Source: Candidatus Poribacteria bacterium (GTDB taxonomy: Bacteria > Poribacteria > WGA-4E > WGA-3G). From it: a DNA stretch of 64,000 bases. Below, piece after piece: positions 10,283 through 21,082 of this stretch. Under the pieces are notes generated by a model. The model worked only from the letters and a program-made list of their open reading frames with translations, was not told the DNA's origin and ran no database searches. Position numbers and translations under genes: made by a program. The stretch spans positions 4,769,178 through 4,833,177 of the forward strand of contig OZ244048.1 in NCBI GenBank assembly GCA_965215265.1, read 5' to 3'. How positions within the stretch are numbered: the first letter of the stretch is position 1; every line of letters starts with the position of its first letter.

Positions 10283-11899
10283 ATGAAAAACTTTGAGCAA
10301 GGCTATTTTGTAGAAGAATTATTTGCCAACGAGGAGAAACAGGAAGAGCCCGTAGAGACACCCAGGGATGAAAATTTCGCGTACCTACAAAAAATCGCGA
10401 AGACCCCTTTACTTGAAACCCAACAAGAGAGACATCTTTTTAAAAAATACGAAGAAGGACTGCACACCTTCAACACCCTTTTAAATCAATTTCCTGCATG
10501 GATACTGACATCTCTTGAATTCTCGCAAAACCGCGCCGCTAGTGGGCAATACCGCTTTGAACCTGCTCAAGCGGAACATGGTACAATCATGAACCAGGTG
10601 CGTTCACATGTCCTTGTTATTCAGGATTTATTGGAAAAACTGCAAAAGAAGGCAGGGCAACTGTTGAAGATAGAAGAGACGATTTTTGCAGCCAATGTAC
10701 ACCTCATTGGAAAGTACCTCAACGAAGCATCGCCTGCAGAATTGAACCAAGCGGGAAGGTCTGGGCTCCTCAAAGCCATTGAGACGCGCGGAACGCGACG
10801 TGGCAAAGCATTCCGGGCACATGCACGCCTGTTAATTCGAAACAGCATCAGCACTGCTGCCAAACAAGCCGACACCTCCAACAAGATGGAGAATATAAGC
10901 TGCACAGCGAGTAAAGCAGCAGCCATAAGTAAGAAACCTGCATCAAATCTGCTTAGCCCGGCGGAAGAAGCAGGCGCATTTGAGAATTTCGATATCATCC
11001 ATTATGAAATCGTGCGCATGTTGGATAAACTGCCGAACGGAATTTTACCCGAAAAGTCTTCGCCTTGCAAACCGAGGACGCTCCCGATTGTCCTTGAATG
11101 CCTGCAAAACGAAGTCCAGCATCTTAACTGGTTATCAAACAAGCTGCAAGACGCAGATCAGGTGACACACACCACCAAATTAGAGATTGTAGAGGCAAAC
11201 CTCAGACTGGTTGCTAGCATCGCCAAGCAGCATCACTTTAACAAAACCTCTTTAACCTTTCTCGATTTGATGCAGGAAGGCAGCATCGGACTAATGAAGG
11301 CGGTTGATAAATTCGACTATACTCTCAGCTATCGATTCAGTACGTATGCCACCTGGTGGATTATGCAGTCGATTAAACGGGCACTTGACCAGCAAGGACA
11401 GATAATTCGTGTGCCCTGCTATATTGGAGAGGCACGCCGCGCTATTAAGCAGGCACAATCGACCCTCACCATGGAACTCAAACGCGAGCCAAATATCCAA
11501 GAGATCGCTAAGGAAGTCGAACTTCCGGAAAAAAAGGTCGTCGAAATTCTACAAGCCACGAAAGATCCGGCATCTCTGGACGCACCGATTAGTGACGATT
11601 CGCCCGAAGCGACTTTTTCTGAACTGATTCCTGATCAGTCTCAAATCACCCCGGAAAACTACTTGCTCGACTACTCCAAAATTGAAGCAATCGTGGAAGT
11701 ACTCAACAAAGCACTCAACCCACGCGAAGCACAAGTGATGGTCCTACGATACGGGCTCATCGATGGTACCGAATACACGTTGGCAGACATTGGCAACAAA
11801 CTTCGCATTAGTCGAGAACGGGTACGCCAGATCGAAGGGGAAGCCATTATTAAACTCCAAACGCATGATGCCAAAAAACTGCTACAGGAATTGCTCTAA
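10283..11899 (+). CDS. RpoD/SigA-family sigma-70 factor with duplicated N-terminal region 1.2-2
   Basis: [52 protein letters not shown]...SRERVRQIE. Confidence 0.9.
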   Translation: MKNFEQGYFVEELFANEEKQEEPVETPRDENFAYLQKIAKTPLLETQQERHLFKKYEEGLHTFNTLLNQFPAWILTSLEFSQNRAASGQYRFEPAQAEHGTIMNQVRSHVLVIQDLLEKLQKKAGQLLKIEETIFAANVHLIGKYLNEASPAELNQAGRSGLLKAIETRGTRRGKAFRAHARLLIRNSISTAAKQADTSNKMENISCTASKAAAISKKPASNLLSPAEEAGAFENFDIIHYEIVRMLDKLPNGILPEKSSPCKPRTLPIVLECLQNEVQHLNWLSNKLQDADQVTHTTKLEIVEANLRLVASIAKQHHFNKTSLTFLDLMQEGSIGLMKAVDKFDYTLSYRFSTYATWWIMQSIKRALDQQGQIIRVPCYIGEARRAIKQAQSTLTMELKREPNIQEIAKEVELPEKKVVEILQATKDPASLDAPISDDSPEATFSELIPDQSQITPENYLLDYSKIEAIVEVLNKALNPREAQVMVLRYGLIDGTEYTLADIGNKLRISRERVRQIEGEAIIKLQTHDAKKLLQELL

Positions 11900-12005
11900 A
11901 AAAACGACAAGGCGATTCGAATCAAAGGCGAATTCCTTATCGCAGCCCGCTGGCACGAACGTTTGCTTGTCTATCTCGCCTGCCAATCTTAGGAGGGAAA
12001 CAGGA

Positions 12006-13222
12006 TTGAAAATCGCGTATTTTGACTGCTTCTCAGGCATCAGCGGCGATATGATACTGGGGGCACTCGTTGATATAGGTGTCGCACCCGAAGTGCTCAT
12101 ATCCGAATTGGCAAAACTTAAATTGGATGCGGAATTTAGCTTGCACTTTGAAAAGGCAACGAAACACGGCATTTCCGGAACCCGGGCTGTTGTTAAAGTT
12201 CCGGACGCGCACACATCACACACCCCAGGGCACCACCACGGCCCCAGTCGTCACCTCGCGGACATTTTCAAACTGCTTGACCAGAGCGGGCTTAACGCAG
12301 ACATCCGCGATGGTGCAAAACGTGTTTTCGACCGGCTCGCGGAAGCAGAAGCGAAAGTACACAATACCACCAAAACTAACGTTCACCTCCACGAAGTGAG
12401 CGGCATCGATTCAATTGTTGACATCGTTGGAGCAGTCATCGGGTTATCACACCTTGACGTTGATACGCTCTATGCCTCGCCTCTCTCCCTTGGACGTGGC
12501 TTTGTCCAATGTGCACATGGACTCATGCCGGTCCCCGCCCCAGGAACTATGGAACTCTTGAAAGGTGTCCCTATTCACCAGACGGACATCCCTAAAGAAT
12601 TGGTGACACCGACAGGTGCCGCACTCATCACAACGTTCGCTAACGGATTTGGGACAATGCCACAGATGACGCTGACGCAGGTAGGCTACGGCGCAGGAAC
12701 GCGAGATTTAAAACAACGTCCTAACCTGCTGCGCATCTGCCTCGGAGAAAAAAAAAAGGATTAAATGAAGAGACTGACCAGGTCGACATCATTGAAACCA
12801 ATCTGGATGATATGTCGCCAGAAATCACCGGATATGTGATGCAGAAACTCTTTGAGAACGGTGCACTAGAGGTCTTCCTCACACCGATTTTCATGAAGAA
12901 GGGGAGACCTGCTACGAAGATAACCGTGCTCTGTCATGCCGACCGGCGCGAGATGCTGATTGAACTCCTTCTCACTGAGACAACAACCTTTGGGGTTCGC
13001 TGTACTTCCATGGCCCGCGTCAAATTGCACAGGCAGTTTACCCAACTTGAGACACCGTGGGGAAACATCCAAGCCAAGTGCGGGTATTTCAACGGCACAC
13101 TCATCAAAACAGTCCCGGAGTATGACGACTGTAAACGCGTCGCGGAAGAGAACAATATCCCGATTCGAGACGTTTATGCAGAGGCACTCCGCGCACTACA
13201 TAAATCGCATGTGCCACACTGA
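12006..13222 (+). CDS. larC: Nickel-pincer cofactor biosynthesis protein LarC, two frames joined by a -1 shift at A10G (12748-12758)
   Basis: YFDCFSGISGDMILGALVD, His-rich linker, HLHEV, ELVTPTGAA, GYGAG in frame 1; IETNLDDMSPE, MKKGRP, ETTTFGVR, PEYDDC in the -1 frame; TTG start at 12006. Confidence 0.88.
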
Positions 13223-15075
13223 TAATTTGGATGAACTTCTTCGCCAAAGTAGTCTCGGATCGTGCGTGTCCGGCAGGTTCCCTCCAAGGCATAGAAAACG
13301 ACTTTATCAATTTGACGGTATTTGCGGCGGACATAGTCTCCCACCTCGATTTGCTCGTCTGTCAGTGTACTGAAAAGCTCGCTGTCATGAATTAGTTCCA
13401 GGAGCATCAGGTCTTCCTGTCCCCAATACTGAATATAACCCTCGCTCTGTAATTCGGCAAGTTGCTCCATAACCTGCTTAGGATTCAACTCCGTTTTCTG
13501 ACACAATTCCAAAATAGTTCCTCGGTACGCATGCATGTTTGTGTTTAGCCCAAGGTGCTGCCCAAAATACGTTTGAAGACACTCTGCTACAAGTGTTTTC
13601 TCATCAGTCGTCCGTGCAAGCGCAGATTGTGAATGATGAACTAACCGGACTGAAAGTTGCGAAGGCACGTTGTACCACCTCTTCACAAATCCAAGTTTCT
13701 CAAGATAACTGAGGCAGACTTGAATTTTTGTGACTTTAAGTCCGCTCATCCACTCCAATTCATCATGAGCAATCGTCCGGTAGCGGCCATCACCTTTGAA
13801 ATTCTCAATCACCTTTAAAAGTTTGAGCAGAGATAGTTTATCCGGTGCACTCTCTTTGATAAACCACTCGTGCAATCCCCTGTCTTCCGGGCAATAGAGC
13901 AAAACACATTGTGAATCTTTTCCATCTCTCCCGGCTCTTCCAACTTCTTGGCAGTATTCTTCAAGGGTACCTGTCATGGTCCAATGTACAATATACCGGA
14001 TGTCAGGTTTGTCAATTCCCATTCCGAAAGCATTTGTGGCGACAAGGATGTCCAATCCACTTCCGCTATCATCAAAAAACGCTTCTTGGACGGGTGCGCG
14101 TTGATGCGGTTCAAGGCCCGCGTGATAATAGTCGGCACGGAACCCACGTCTTTTTAAATAAGCGGCAATCTCCTCGGTTTCTCGGCGGCGGCCCGCATAA
14201 ATAATCCCATTATGAGATTCTGAGCACTCAGGCTGTTCTCTGCAAAACACACCCATCGCAAGCAGAATCTCTTCGAGTCGTTGATACTTTTCGGCTTCAT
14301 CTCTGCTTTCTTGGACGCTCAACTTCAAATTCGGACGTTCAATTCCTTGTGTGAAAACCTTAGGGGACGGAATCTTTAGGAGATGTCGGATATCTTCGCG
14401 AATATCCGGCGGTGCGGTAGCAGTGAAGAGGGAAATCACACGCGGCTGGAGAACTTCAAGCGTGTCACAGAGCGACAGATAGGCAGGCCGAAAATCGCGG
14501 CCCCATTGTGAGATACAGTGTGCTTCATCTATAACAAACAGAGAGATGGAGGCTGCATTTAGGATGTCTAAAAATCGCCGACTTCGCAGACGTTCAGGTG
14601 AAATGTAGAGAAGCCGGATGTCGCCACGTCTCACTCTGCTCAATTCATGTTGATAGTCATCCCACGTCTGCGTACTATTTATGAACCCAACGCCGTCAAT
14701 GCCGAGTGCCTTCAAGCCATCAACCTGATCTTTCATCAACGCAATGAGGGGCGAGATGACCACCGTTATACCATCAAGCATTAGCGCCGGTAGTTGATAA
14801 CATAACGATTTGCCGTGCCCTGTTGGAAATACCGCGAACACATTTTGACCTGCTAAAATTGCTTCAATAATCTCGCGTTGTCCTTTGCGAAACGAGGTAT
14901 ACCCAAAATAACGCCGCAGGGCGCTAAGGAGCTCGTCGTCAAGGAGCTTCTCGTCAGGACGTTCTTCCGGATAACCGGCAGGCACGTTTGTTGCTACTGC
15001 TCGTGTTGATTCTGTCGAACCGGTTGACGTGAGAATCGCATCTACTTCTTGAAGCAAATCCTGCAACTTGACCAT
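13174..15075 (-). CDS. recQ: RecQ-family ATP-dependent DNA helicase
   Basis: PTGHGKSLCYQLPA, IDEAHCISQWG, ATNAFGMGIDK, QEVGRAGRDG, C-terminal Zn site CR...YFGE...CGTCDLC. Confidence 0.92.
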   Translation of the reverse strand: MVKLQDLLQEVDAILTSTGSTESTRAVATNVPAGYPEERPDEKLLDDELLSALRRYFGYTSFRKGQREIIEAILAGQNVFAVFPTGHGKSLCYQLPALMLDGITVVISPLIALMKDQVDGLKALGIDGVGFINSTQTWDDYQHELSRVRRGDIRLLYISPERLRSRRFLDILNAASISLFVIDEAHCISQWGRDFRPAYLSLCDTLEVLQPRVISLFTATAPPDIREDIRHLLKIPSPKVFTQGIERPNLKLSVQESRDEAEKYQRLEEILLAMGVFCREQPECSESHNGIIYAGRRRETEEIAAYLKRRGFRADYYHAGLEPHQRAPVQEAFFDDSGSGLDILVATNAFGMGIDKPDIRYIVHWTMTGTLEEYCQEVGRAGRDGKDSQCVLLYCPEDRGLHEWFIKESAPDKLSLLKLLKVIENFKGDGRYRTIAHDELEWMSGLKVTKIQVCLSYLEKLGFVKRWYNVPSQLSVRLVHHSQSALARTTDEKTLVAECLQTYFGQHLGLNTNMHAYRGTILELCQKTELNPKQVMEQLAELQSEGYIQYWGQEDLMLLELIHDSELFSTLTDEQIEVGDYVRRKYRQIDKVVFYALEGTCRTRTIRDYFGEEVHPNYQCGTCDLCSARSASA

Positions 15076-15185
15076 TACGTTTCCTCAATTCCTCAATAGA
15101 CGCTACATGCACAAGTCCAATCTCTATAAGCGAACGGTATGCCGTTCTGGGCGAAAATTAGAACAGATAAACCTTTAATAGAAAT

Positions 15186-15935
15186 TCATGCGAAAAATCG
15201 GAAGCGGAGGATGTGAAAAATAGCAGCGATACCATCCTTCCAATTAACAGTCTTGCCTTCTTGGTAATCCCTGCCGCGGTAAGTGATAGGAACATCAACA
15301 ATTGTACACTTCCGTTTGGCAAGTTTGGCAGTAATCTCCGGTTCGAAGCCAAACCTATCGGAACTAAGGGAAATCTCCTTCAAGATCGGCGTTTTAATCA
15401 CTTTATAGCATGTCTCCATGTCAGTGAGTTTTGTGCCGTTGACAAAATTGGAAAGAAATGTAAGGAATCGATTCGCGAGGTAGCTCCGCAAAAGCCCTTT
15501 CTGTCTGCCTTTCATAAATCGCGAACCGTACACGACATCTGCTTCCCCTGCCAAGATGGGTTGGAGCAATTTCGGGTAATCCTGCGGGTCATATTCTAGA
15601 TCCGCGTCCTGAATGAGCGTAACATCCCCGGTGATATGTTGGAATCCGGTGCGGAGTGTGGCCCCCTTGCCCTTGTTTACATCGTGATAAAAGATCTTCG
15701 TGGAAATCGGCTGCCTCTCTTTTTTAATTTCGGCTTCGTCACTTGTATTAGCATCTGGGAGTTGTTCGGCCTCGATGCGCCTTAGAATATCCCGCGTGCC
15801 ATCCGTTGAAAAATCATCAACAAGAATCAGTTCTTTGCCCATCCCGACATCAACTTTAACAATCTGCCGGAGAATCTCTTCAAGGCTACTAATCTCGTTG
15901 TAAATCGGAATCACAATGCTTAGCTTAGACTCCAT
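15186..15935 (-). CDS. GT2 glycosyltransferase (DPM1-like)
   Basis: SIVIPIYNE, VDDFSTDGT, QDADLEYDP, VYGSRF, TDMETCYK. Confidence 0.92.
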   Translation of the reverse strand: MESKLSIVIPIYNEISSLEEILRQIVKVDVGMGKELILVDDFSTDGTRDILRRIEAEQLPDANTSDEAEIKKERQPISTKIFYHDVNKGKGATLRTGFQHITGDVTLIQDADLEYDPQDYPKLLQPILAGEADVVYGSRFMKGRQKGLLRSYLANRFLTFLSNFVNGTKLTDMETCYKVIKTPILKEISLSSDRFGFEPEITAKLAKRKCTIVDVPITYRGRDYQEGKTVNWKDGIAAIFHILRFRFFA

Positions 15936-16054
15936 CTGGATGCCCCCAATATTTTTCTCGGCAGTAGCGATAAAACTCTCTTAGCGTGAAACTTCCTGAG
16001 TTAATACGGTATAATACCGAATCTCTCTTTTTTCTGCAAGTGTTTTGTATCGTC

Positions 16055-17350
16055 TCAAGGTGCTTCTGTTTTCGTATCTGTTCTCGTTAAGTGCACCTGC
16101 CACATCCCCCACAGCACTGCAGGAATCAAGGGCAGGCCCGTCATGCCCCATAACACGAGACGTACATCCGCGAAAACGTCCAACAGCGCGCCGACGACTG
16201 CAGTGCCAATCGCACCCATCAAGGTAAACAACGCGAATTCCGTACCAAAAATGCGCCCCCGAATCTCATTCGGTGCCTGTTGTAAGAGCAGCTGCGTTGA
16301 AAACACCCACACAATTCCACCACCGATACTCCGCACAAATCCACCGAGCAGTACACTCCACAGACTAAAAAGCGGTGCAGCAATTGTCAGACCGAGTGCA
16401 CCAATCAGGTAACCAAGAACGATGCTCCTACGTAGTGCCCGGCTCCGATCGCTTGTCCAATACCGGGCAAAAATCGGACCGAGGCCGCTCCCCACGCCGT
16501 TTATACCGTACATTAACCCCAAACTCAACGCACCGCCGACACCGATAACAAAGTAATCCTTCGCAATTGCAGCCTGGATAACCTGAAATCCAGACGACAT
16601 TAACAATGCAATAGCCGCTTTATGCATTGCAATAAAAAATATATCCGGGTGCTGCAATAGGTAACGCACCGCTGTCAGTTCAGAACGCCGAGAAACTTCC
16701 GCTCTACTCCGTCTACGGTGAGGCAGCTTAACACCAAGCAGAAACGCAGCGGATACGAGAAAGGTCAAACCGTCAATAATAAAAGCTGTATGCACCCCCA
16801 GAAACCCGGCAGTCAACCCCCCAACCATTGCGCCCAGCGCAAGCATCACTGACCAAGTTGTCGCGCCAAGCGCATTCGCTGTGCCCAACTCCCGCTGTGA
16901 CGTAATATCCGGTAAAATCGCACTCCGGGCTGGACTGAAGAAGCCGCTCACCGCAAAGAGTAACGTTGTGAGTGTATAAAGCAGCCAGATATCTTTTTCA
17001 TCTTGCACGAAAAGGAACAACAAAACAACTATCGCGCGTACAATATCAGTGACAATGAGTAGGTGTTTCCGGTTGTACCGGTCGGCACATATCCCTGCAA
17101 TAGGGGCTACCACAAACGGCGCAAGCATTTGCACCGTAAAGAGAATCCCAACCGCAAGACCGGATTCGGTTAACGTTGCAATTAGAGCCAGCGAGGCGAT
17201 AATGTTAAACCAATCTCCTAACAAGCTCACAACCTGCCCTGTCCAGAGCCAGCGAAAGTTAGGATTAGTGCGGATTAACTCAATATATCCGACCGGTTTT
17301 GCTATCGCCTTCACCCGGTTTATCTCTGAAGCACGTTCCTGTTTATCCAA
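16055..17350 (-). CDS. MFS transporter (DHA3/macrolide-efflux-like)
   Basis: ~12 TM segments, GQVVSLLGDWF, motif A GICADRYNRK; start codon uncertain. Confidence 0.88.
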   Translation of the reverse strand: MDKQERASEINRVKAIAKPVGYIELIRTNPNFRWLWTGQVVSLLGDWFNIIASLALIATLTESGLAVGILFTVQMLAPFVVAPIAGICADRYNRKHLLIVTDIVRAIVVLLFLFVQDEKDIWLLYTLTTLLFAVSGFFSPARSAILPDITSQRELGTANALGATTWSVMLALGAMVGGLTAGFLGVHTAFIIDGLTFLVSAAFLLGVKLPHRRRSRAEVSRRSELTAVRYLLQHPDIFFIAMHKAAIALLMSSGFQVIQAAIAKDYFVIGVGGALSLGLMYGINGVGSGLGPIFARYWTSDRSRALRRSIVLGYLIGALGLTIAAPLFSLWSVLLGGFVRSIGGGIVWVFSTQLLLQQAPNEIRGRIFGTEFALFTLMGAIGTAVVGALLDVFADVRLVLWGMTGLPLIPAVLWGMWQVHLTRTDTKTEAP

Positions 17351-18541
17351 TTAGAGAGCCCACCGTTCGTTGATGGATTTCTGGTAGACTTCAACCTTCC
17401 CTGCGACGACATCCTCGTAGTCCACGGCTTGTCCACACGCATTGGATTCGTAGATAGCCTCACAAATTGATTTTGCCCGCAGTCCTACAGTCGCATCAAG
17501 TTCGGGTGGGCGCTTGTTCTCAATGGCATCCACAAAATCATAGCACTCCAATTGCACGCCATCTGTAAAACCGTAAGGAAACAGCCGCTCTTTTTCATGC
17601 GTTGAGAGGTTCGCCATATAGTCAGTCATAAGGCTCTCCATAGAATAGCGGCTCCCATCTTTAAGAATGATTTCGGCACCGTCAAATGGACCGTGGAAGA
17701 TATCGCCATTATCCAGCAAGCAACCTTCACTGCCGTAATAGACGACATGGTTGAAAGAATGCCCAACGGCTGCCCAAGTGCAAGTCCAAAGCCCAATAAC
17801 GCCGCTTTTGAAGTTAATCGTTGCAACCCAGGTATCTTCTTGCTCATTCTTGACAAGCACGCCATCTTTTGTGACTTGCAGATTCTCAAATTGACAGACA
17901 CGTCCGTAAATCGTACTCGGGTCGCCGAACAGATACCGGAGGGTATCACAATAGTGTGCCCCGGAGTCCATCACCATCCCGCCACCGCCGAGGGCAAGGT
18001 CCAGTCGCCAATGCCATGCACTTTGGGGAGCCGGCGCGCGATAACTTGCATGTTGTGCACTGAACATTCGCATCTCACCGAGCATCTGTTTATCGTTCAT
18101 TAACCATTCGGCGGTCCGCCGGCTCGGCATCCGGCGGATATTCTCAGCCGTTGCAGCAATTCTGTTATTCGCCTTCGCCGCCGCAATAATTGCATGGCTC
18201 GCTTTGACGGTAACACCGACCGGTTTCTCTACCATCACGTTAACACCCGCATCGAGGCATTTTATCGCGTTGATATGGTGATGCGCGTGCGATGTACAGA
18301 TATCAGCACCGTCCAAATCCACTGTGGAAAGCATCTCATCCGTATCATCAAACACCGCTGGCTTTTTGCCCGTAACCTCTTGGACCCGCGTTGCAAATGC
18401 GTCCGCTCGTTCTTTAAATGCATCGCACATCGCAACGAGCGCCACCTTCCCAGGCACCCTTTCATGAATAGTAAGATACGCGTTGAGATGGCCGTTTGCC
18501 ATACCACCACAACCGATAATCGCAACCTGAATTGCCATCAA
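17351..18541 (-). CDS. Gfo/Idh/MocA family oxidoreductase
   Basis: IIGCGGMA, VEKP, GGGMVMDSGAHYCD. Confidence 0.9.
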   Translation of the reverse strand: MMAIQVAIIGCGGMANGHLNAYLTIHERVPGKVALVAMCDAFKERADAFATRVQEVTGKKPAVFDDTDEMLSTVDLDGADICTSHAHHHINAIKCLDAGVNVMVEKPVGVTVKASHAIIAAAKANNRIAATAENIRRMPSRRTAEWLMNDKQMLGEMRMFSAQHASYRAPAPQSAWHWRLDLALGGGGMVMDSGAHYCDTLRYLFGDPSTIYGRVCQFENLQVTKDGVLVKNEQEDTWVATINFKSGVIGLWTCTWAAVGHSFNHVVYYGSEGCLLDNGDIFHGPFDGAEIILKDGSRYSMESLMTDYMANLSTHEKERLFPYGFTDGVQLECYDFVDAIENKRPPELDATVGLRAKSICEAIYESNACGQAVDYEDVVAGKVEVYQKSINERWAL

Positions 18542-18669
18542 AATTCTCCTTTCCCTAAAGAGTTAGAATCTCTATGCGAATTGAAAACCCACGCTCCTTT
18601 TATAGGATAGCACAATTCCAGATTCTTGGCAAATTACAAGATACCGTCGCTGAACTCCTGTTAATCACG

Positions 18670-18699
18670 TTGACACCAAATCGAAATCAGTGCTATACT
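18670..18699 (+). promoter_or_regulatory. Sigma-70 promoter for the aldo/keto reductase gene
   Basis: TTGACA-18-TATACT with extended -10 TG. Confidence 0.6.
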
Positions 18700-18820
18700 G
18701 AAAAGAAAAGAGCCGAAAAGCACGGCACTCTGAAACGAACGGTGTAACATCTATCTCGTCAGAGCCACCGTGCCCATTTCCGCTGATAAATTCACCTTCA
18801 GGCTTGTAAGGAAACACATC

Positions 18821-19807
18821 ATGGACTATGTGAATTTTGGAAAAGCAGGACTCAAAGTGAGTCCGATTGCATTGGGATTAGGATTGAGAGGACAACGCGA
18901 CGAGAAAACTGCCCAACGCCTCATCGAACACGCCATCCATTCCGGTATCAACTTCATCGATTGTGCAAATATCTACGGACCGATGGATGATAGAGCTAAC
19001 ATCGGACGTTCCGAAGTTGTGCTCGGTAAAGCCATCCGTGGAAAACGGGACGATGTCGTTATTACCTCTAAGGTGTTCAGCCAAATTGGACCAGGCCCCA
19101 ACGACCAGGGCCTGTCACGCTATCATATCATGCGCGAGGTCGAACGTTCACTATCCCGCCTCAACACCGACCATATTGATGTCTATCTCATCCACGCCCC
19201 GGATGCCGATACGCCGCAAGAAGAAACAATTCGTGCGATGGACGACCTGGTTCATTCTGGTAAGGTGCGATATGTTGGATGCTGTAATCATCAGGCATGG
19301 CAGCTGTGTAAAGCACTCTGGATCGCGGATAGAATTAACGCAACACCGTATATGTGTGTGCAGAATATGTATAACCTGCTGAATCGAGACCTAGAGAGTG
19401 ATATGTTTGGTTTGGTACGCGAGGAAGGACTTGGGGTAATGTGTTATAGCCCATTAGCAGTAGGCTTGCTAAGCGGTGTCTATGCTCCGGATGAACCGCC
19501 GCCTGCAGGTACGTTATGGGCAACGCGCTATCGCGATGAATTTGAGCACAGAATGAGGGGTGCAGCTGGACAAGTCGTGGCAACGTTAAAACGGCTCGCA
19601 AGCGAATTAGGCAAAACGCCAGCCCAGCTTGCTGTGTCATGGGTGCTCTCGCATCCAGAAGTCACCGTAGCCATCAGCGGAAGCGATACCGTTGAACAAC
19701 TCGACGATACCCTGGGGGGCATCGGCTGGGAATTGGATGCCGAAATCCGTGAGGAATTGGATGCCGTGTCTACGTCCTTCGTCCGTCTAGTCCCACAACC
19801 TTTTTAA
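18821..19807 (+). CDS. Aldo/keto reductase
   Basis: FGKAGLKVSPIALG, IDCANIYG, SLSRLNTDHIDVYLIH, GKVRYVG, YSPLAVGLLSG. Confidence 0.92.
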   Translation: MDYVNFGKAGLKVSPIALGLGLRGQRDEKTAQRLIEHAIHSGINFIDCANIYGPMDDRANIGRSEVVLGKAIRGKRDDVVITSKVFSQIGPGPNDQGLSRYHIMREVERSLSRLNTDHIDVYLIHAPDADTPQEETIRAMDDLVHSGKVRYVGCCNHQAWQLCKALWIADRINATPYMCVQNMYNLLNRDLESDMFGLVREEGLGVMCYSPLAVGLLSGVYAPDEPPPAGTLWATRYRDEFEHRMRGAAGQVVATLKRLASELGKTPAQLAVSWVLSHPEVTVAISGSDTVEQLDDTLGGIGWELDAEIREELDAVSTSFVRLVPQPF

Positions 19808-19825
19808 TCGTCTTTAATCGTCGGA

Positions 19826-19861
19826 TATGGTAGGACGAGGGTTCCGCCGCATCCTACCATA
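19826..19861. repeat. GTAGG...CCTAC palindrome between convergent genes (REP-like or bidirectional terminator)
   Basis: TATGGTAGGA...TCCTACCATA 10-bp inverted repeat. Confidence 0.6.
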
Positions 19862-19879
19862 CCCAATTCCGTTGCAGGA

Positions 19880-21082
19880 TTACTCCACCGTTTGAAACTG
19901 CTCCCAGGTATCCCCAGCCGCCGCTGCATGACGTTCTAATTCAGTCTGCCATCCGACGACATGCCCGGCTTTAATCTGCTTGATATCATACCCGGCGTAG
20001 CGGTCTTCCAGTGTATCGCCCAGTTTCTGCGTTGCGGCCCAGCGGTCCCAAGCGACTTTCATCCAGTCGTAAGGCAGCGCTTCGCGCACCGCGAGGTCCA
20101 GTTGCCATGCGTGCCGTGCGTCTGCAACTGAAGGTGCCTCGGTAGGCGGCCCCGACCACTTTGACCAGCCGATGGACAGCGTGTTGCGTTCTCTCTCCGG
20201 CACGGTGTGGCCCGTGTGAATTGTCGCCCCATTGCGGATAAGCGCCTCTCCTGCCTTCAGCCGGATGGCTACCTGCCCTGGCAGCGAAGATTCGCCGTCC
20301 CAGCTCGGTGTATACGGTATACCCTGGTCTTTCATCGCCTTCGGCAGTAGCACATCATGCTCAAACGGTGTACGCCATCGACTATGGCTACCAGGGATAA
20401 GCTCATGACATTCGTCATCAGTAAGAGCTAGGAACATGCTCACGCCGTTACGCTCCGTGATAGACTTCTTGTTGCGTTCCTGTATCTCTTTCCAGCGAAT
20501 TCGTTCGATTTCTTCAGTATAAGCCTCGGGCCCGTCTCCGCGGATCTCCCGTTGTGCAAAGTAACCTTTTCCAGTACCCCACCATGTCACGTCCCTGTGC
20601 CAGCCGAGTTTATTCTCATTCTTACGCGGATTGCACCAGAGGAGCATCCCGCTCAACGTCAAGTCCTCAGGGCTGAGCCCATTACACCACGCATGAACGA
20701 AATTGAGGAACTCGTCCGAACCGTGGAATTCGGAGAAACAGGGTTCATTGAAAGCAGGATGAATCAGCCCGCGGATCGCCCACGGTTCATCAGCCCCTGC
20801 ACGATGCACGTAACCTTTTGAACAGTCGATTTTGCTATAGCCGTTCTCCGGTGCGCACGCCTGCGTAACCCGGCGGCCCGCCTCACGCAGAATCGGAATC
20901 CAAGGACTATTTACAAAGTCGTTGATAATCACGAAACCGTGCTCCTTCAAATGAGCAAGCCGCTCCGGCGTGCACCCAGGTGTCGAAATCTCAGCCTTGA
21001 AATCTGCAAACGCCTCAGCACGGTAACTCTGCCCGACCTGTTCTGATGCTGCTGCCGATGATTCATTCATGTTCATTGTCAA
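19880..21082 (-). CDS. Phytanoyl-CoA dioxygenase (PhyH)-like Fe(II)/2OG oxygenase
   Basis: EHGFVII, GWHRD, LIPGSH, LKAGEALI...IHTG (HxD...H triad). Confidence 0.8.
   Translation of the reverse strand: MTMNMNESSAAASEQVGQSYRAEAFADFKAEISTPGCTPERLAHLKEHGFVIINDFVNSPWIPILREAGRRVTQACAPENGYSKIDCSKGYVHRAGADEPWAIRGLIHPAFNEPCFSEFHGSDEFLNFVHAWCNGLSPEDLTLSGMLLWCNPRKNENKLGWHRDVTWWGTGKGYFAQREIRGDGPEAYTEEIERIRWKEIQERNKKSITERNGVSMFLALTDDECHELIPGSHSRWRTPFEHDVLLPKAMKDQGIPYTPSWDGESSLPGQVAIRLKAGEALIRNGATIHTGHTVPERERNTLSIGWSKWSGPPTEAPSVADARHAWQLDLAVREALPYDWMKVAWDRWAATQKLGDTLEDRYAGYDIKQIKAGHVVGWQTELERHAAAAGDTWEQFQTVE

Noticed and set aside
11763-12005. Long N-terminal extension of LarC in the ORF track
   Set aside because: Overlaps the sigma gene; homology and RBS point to TTG at 12006.
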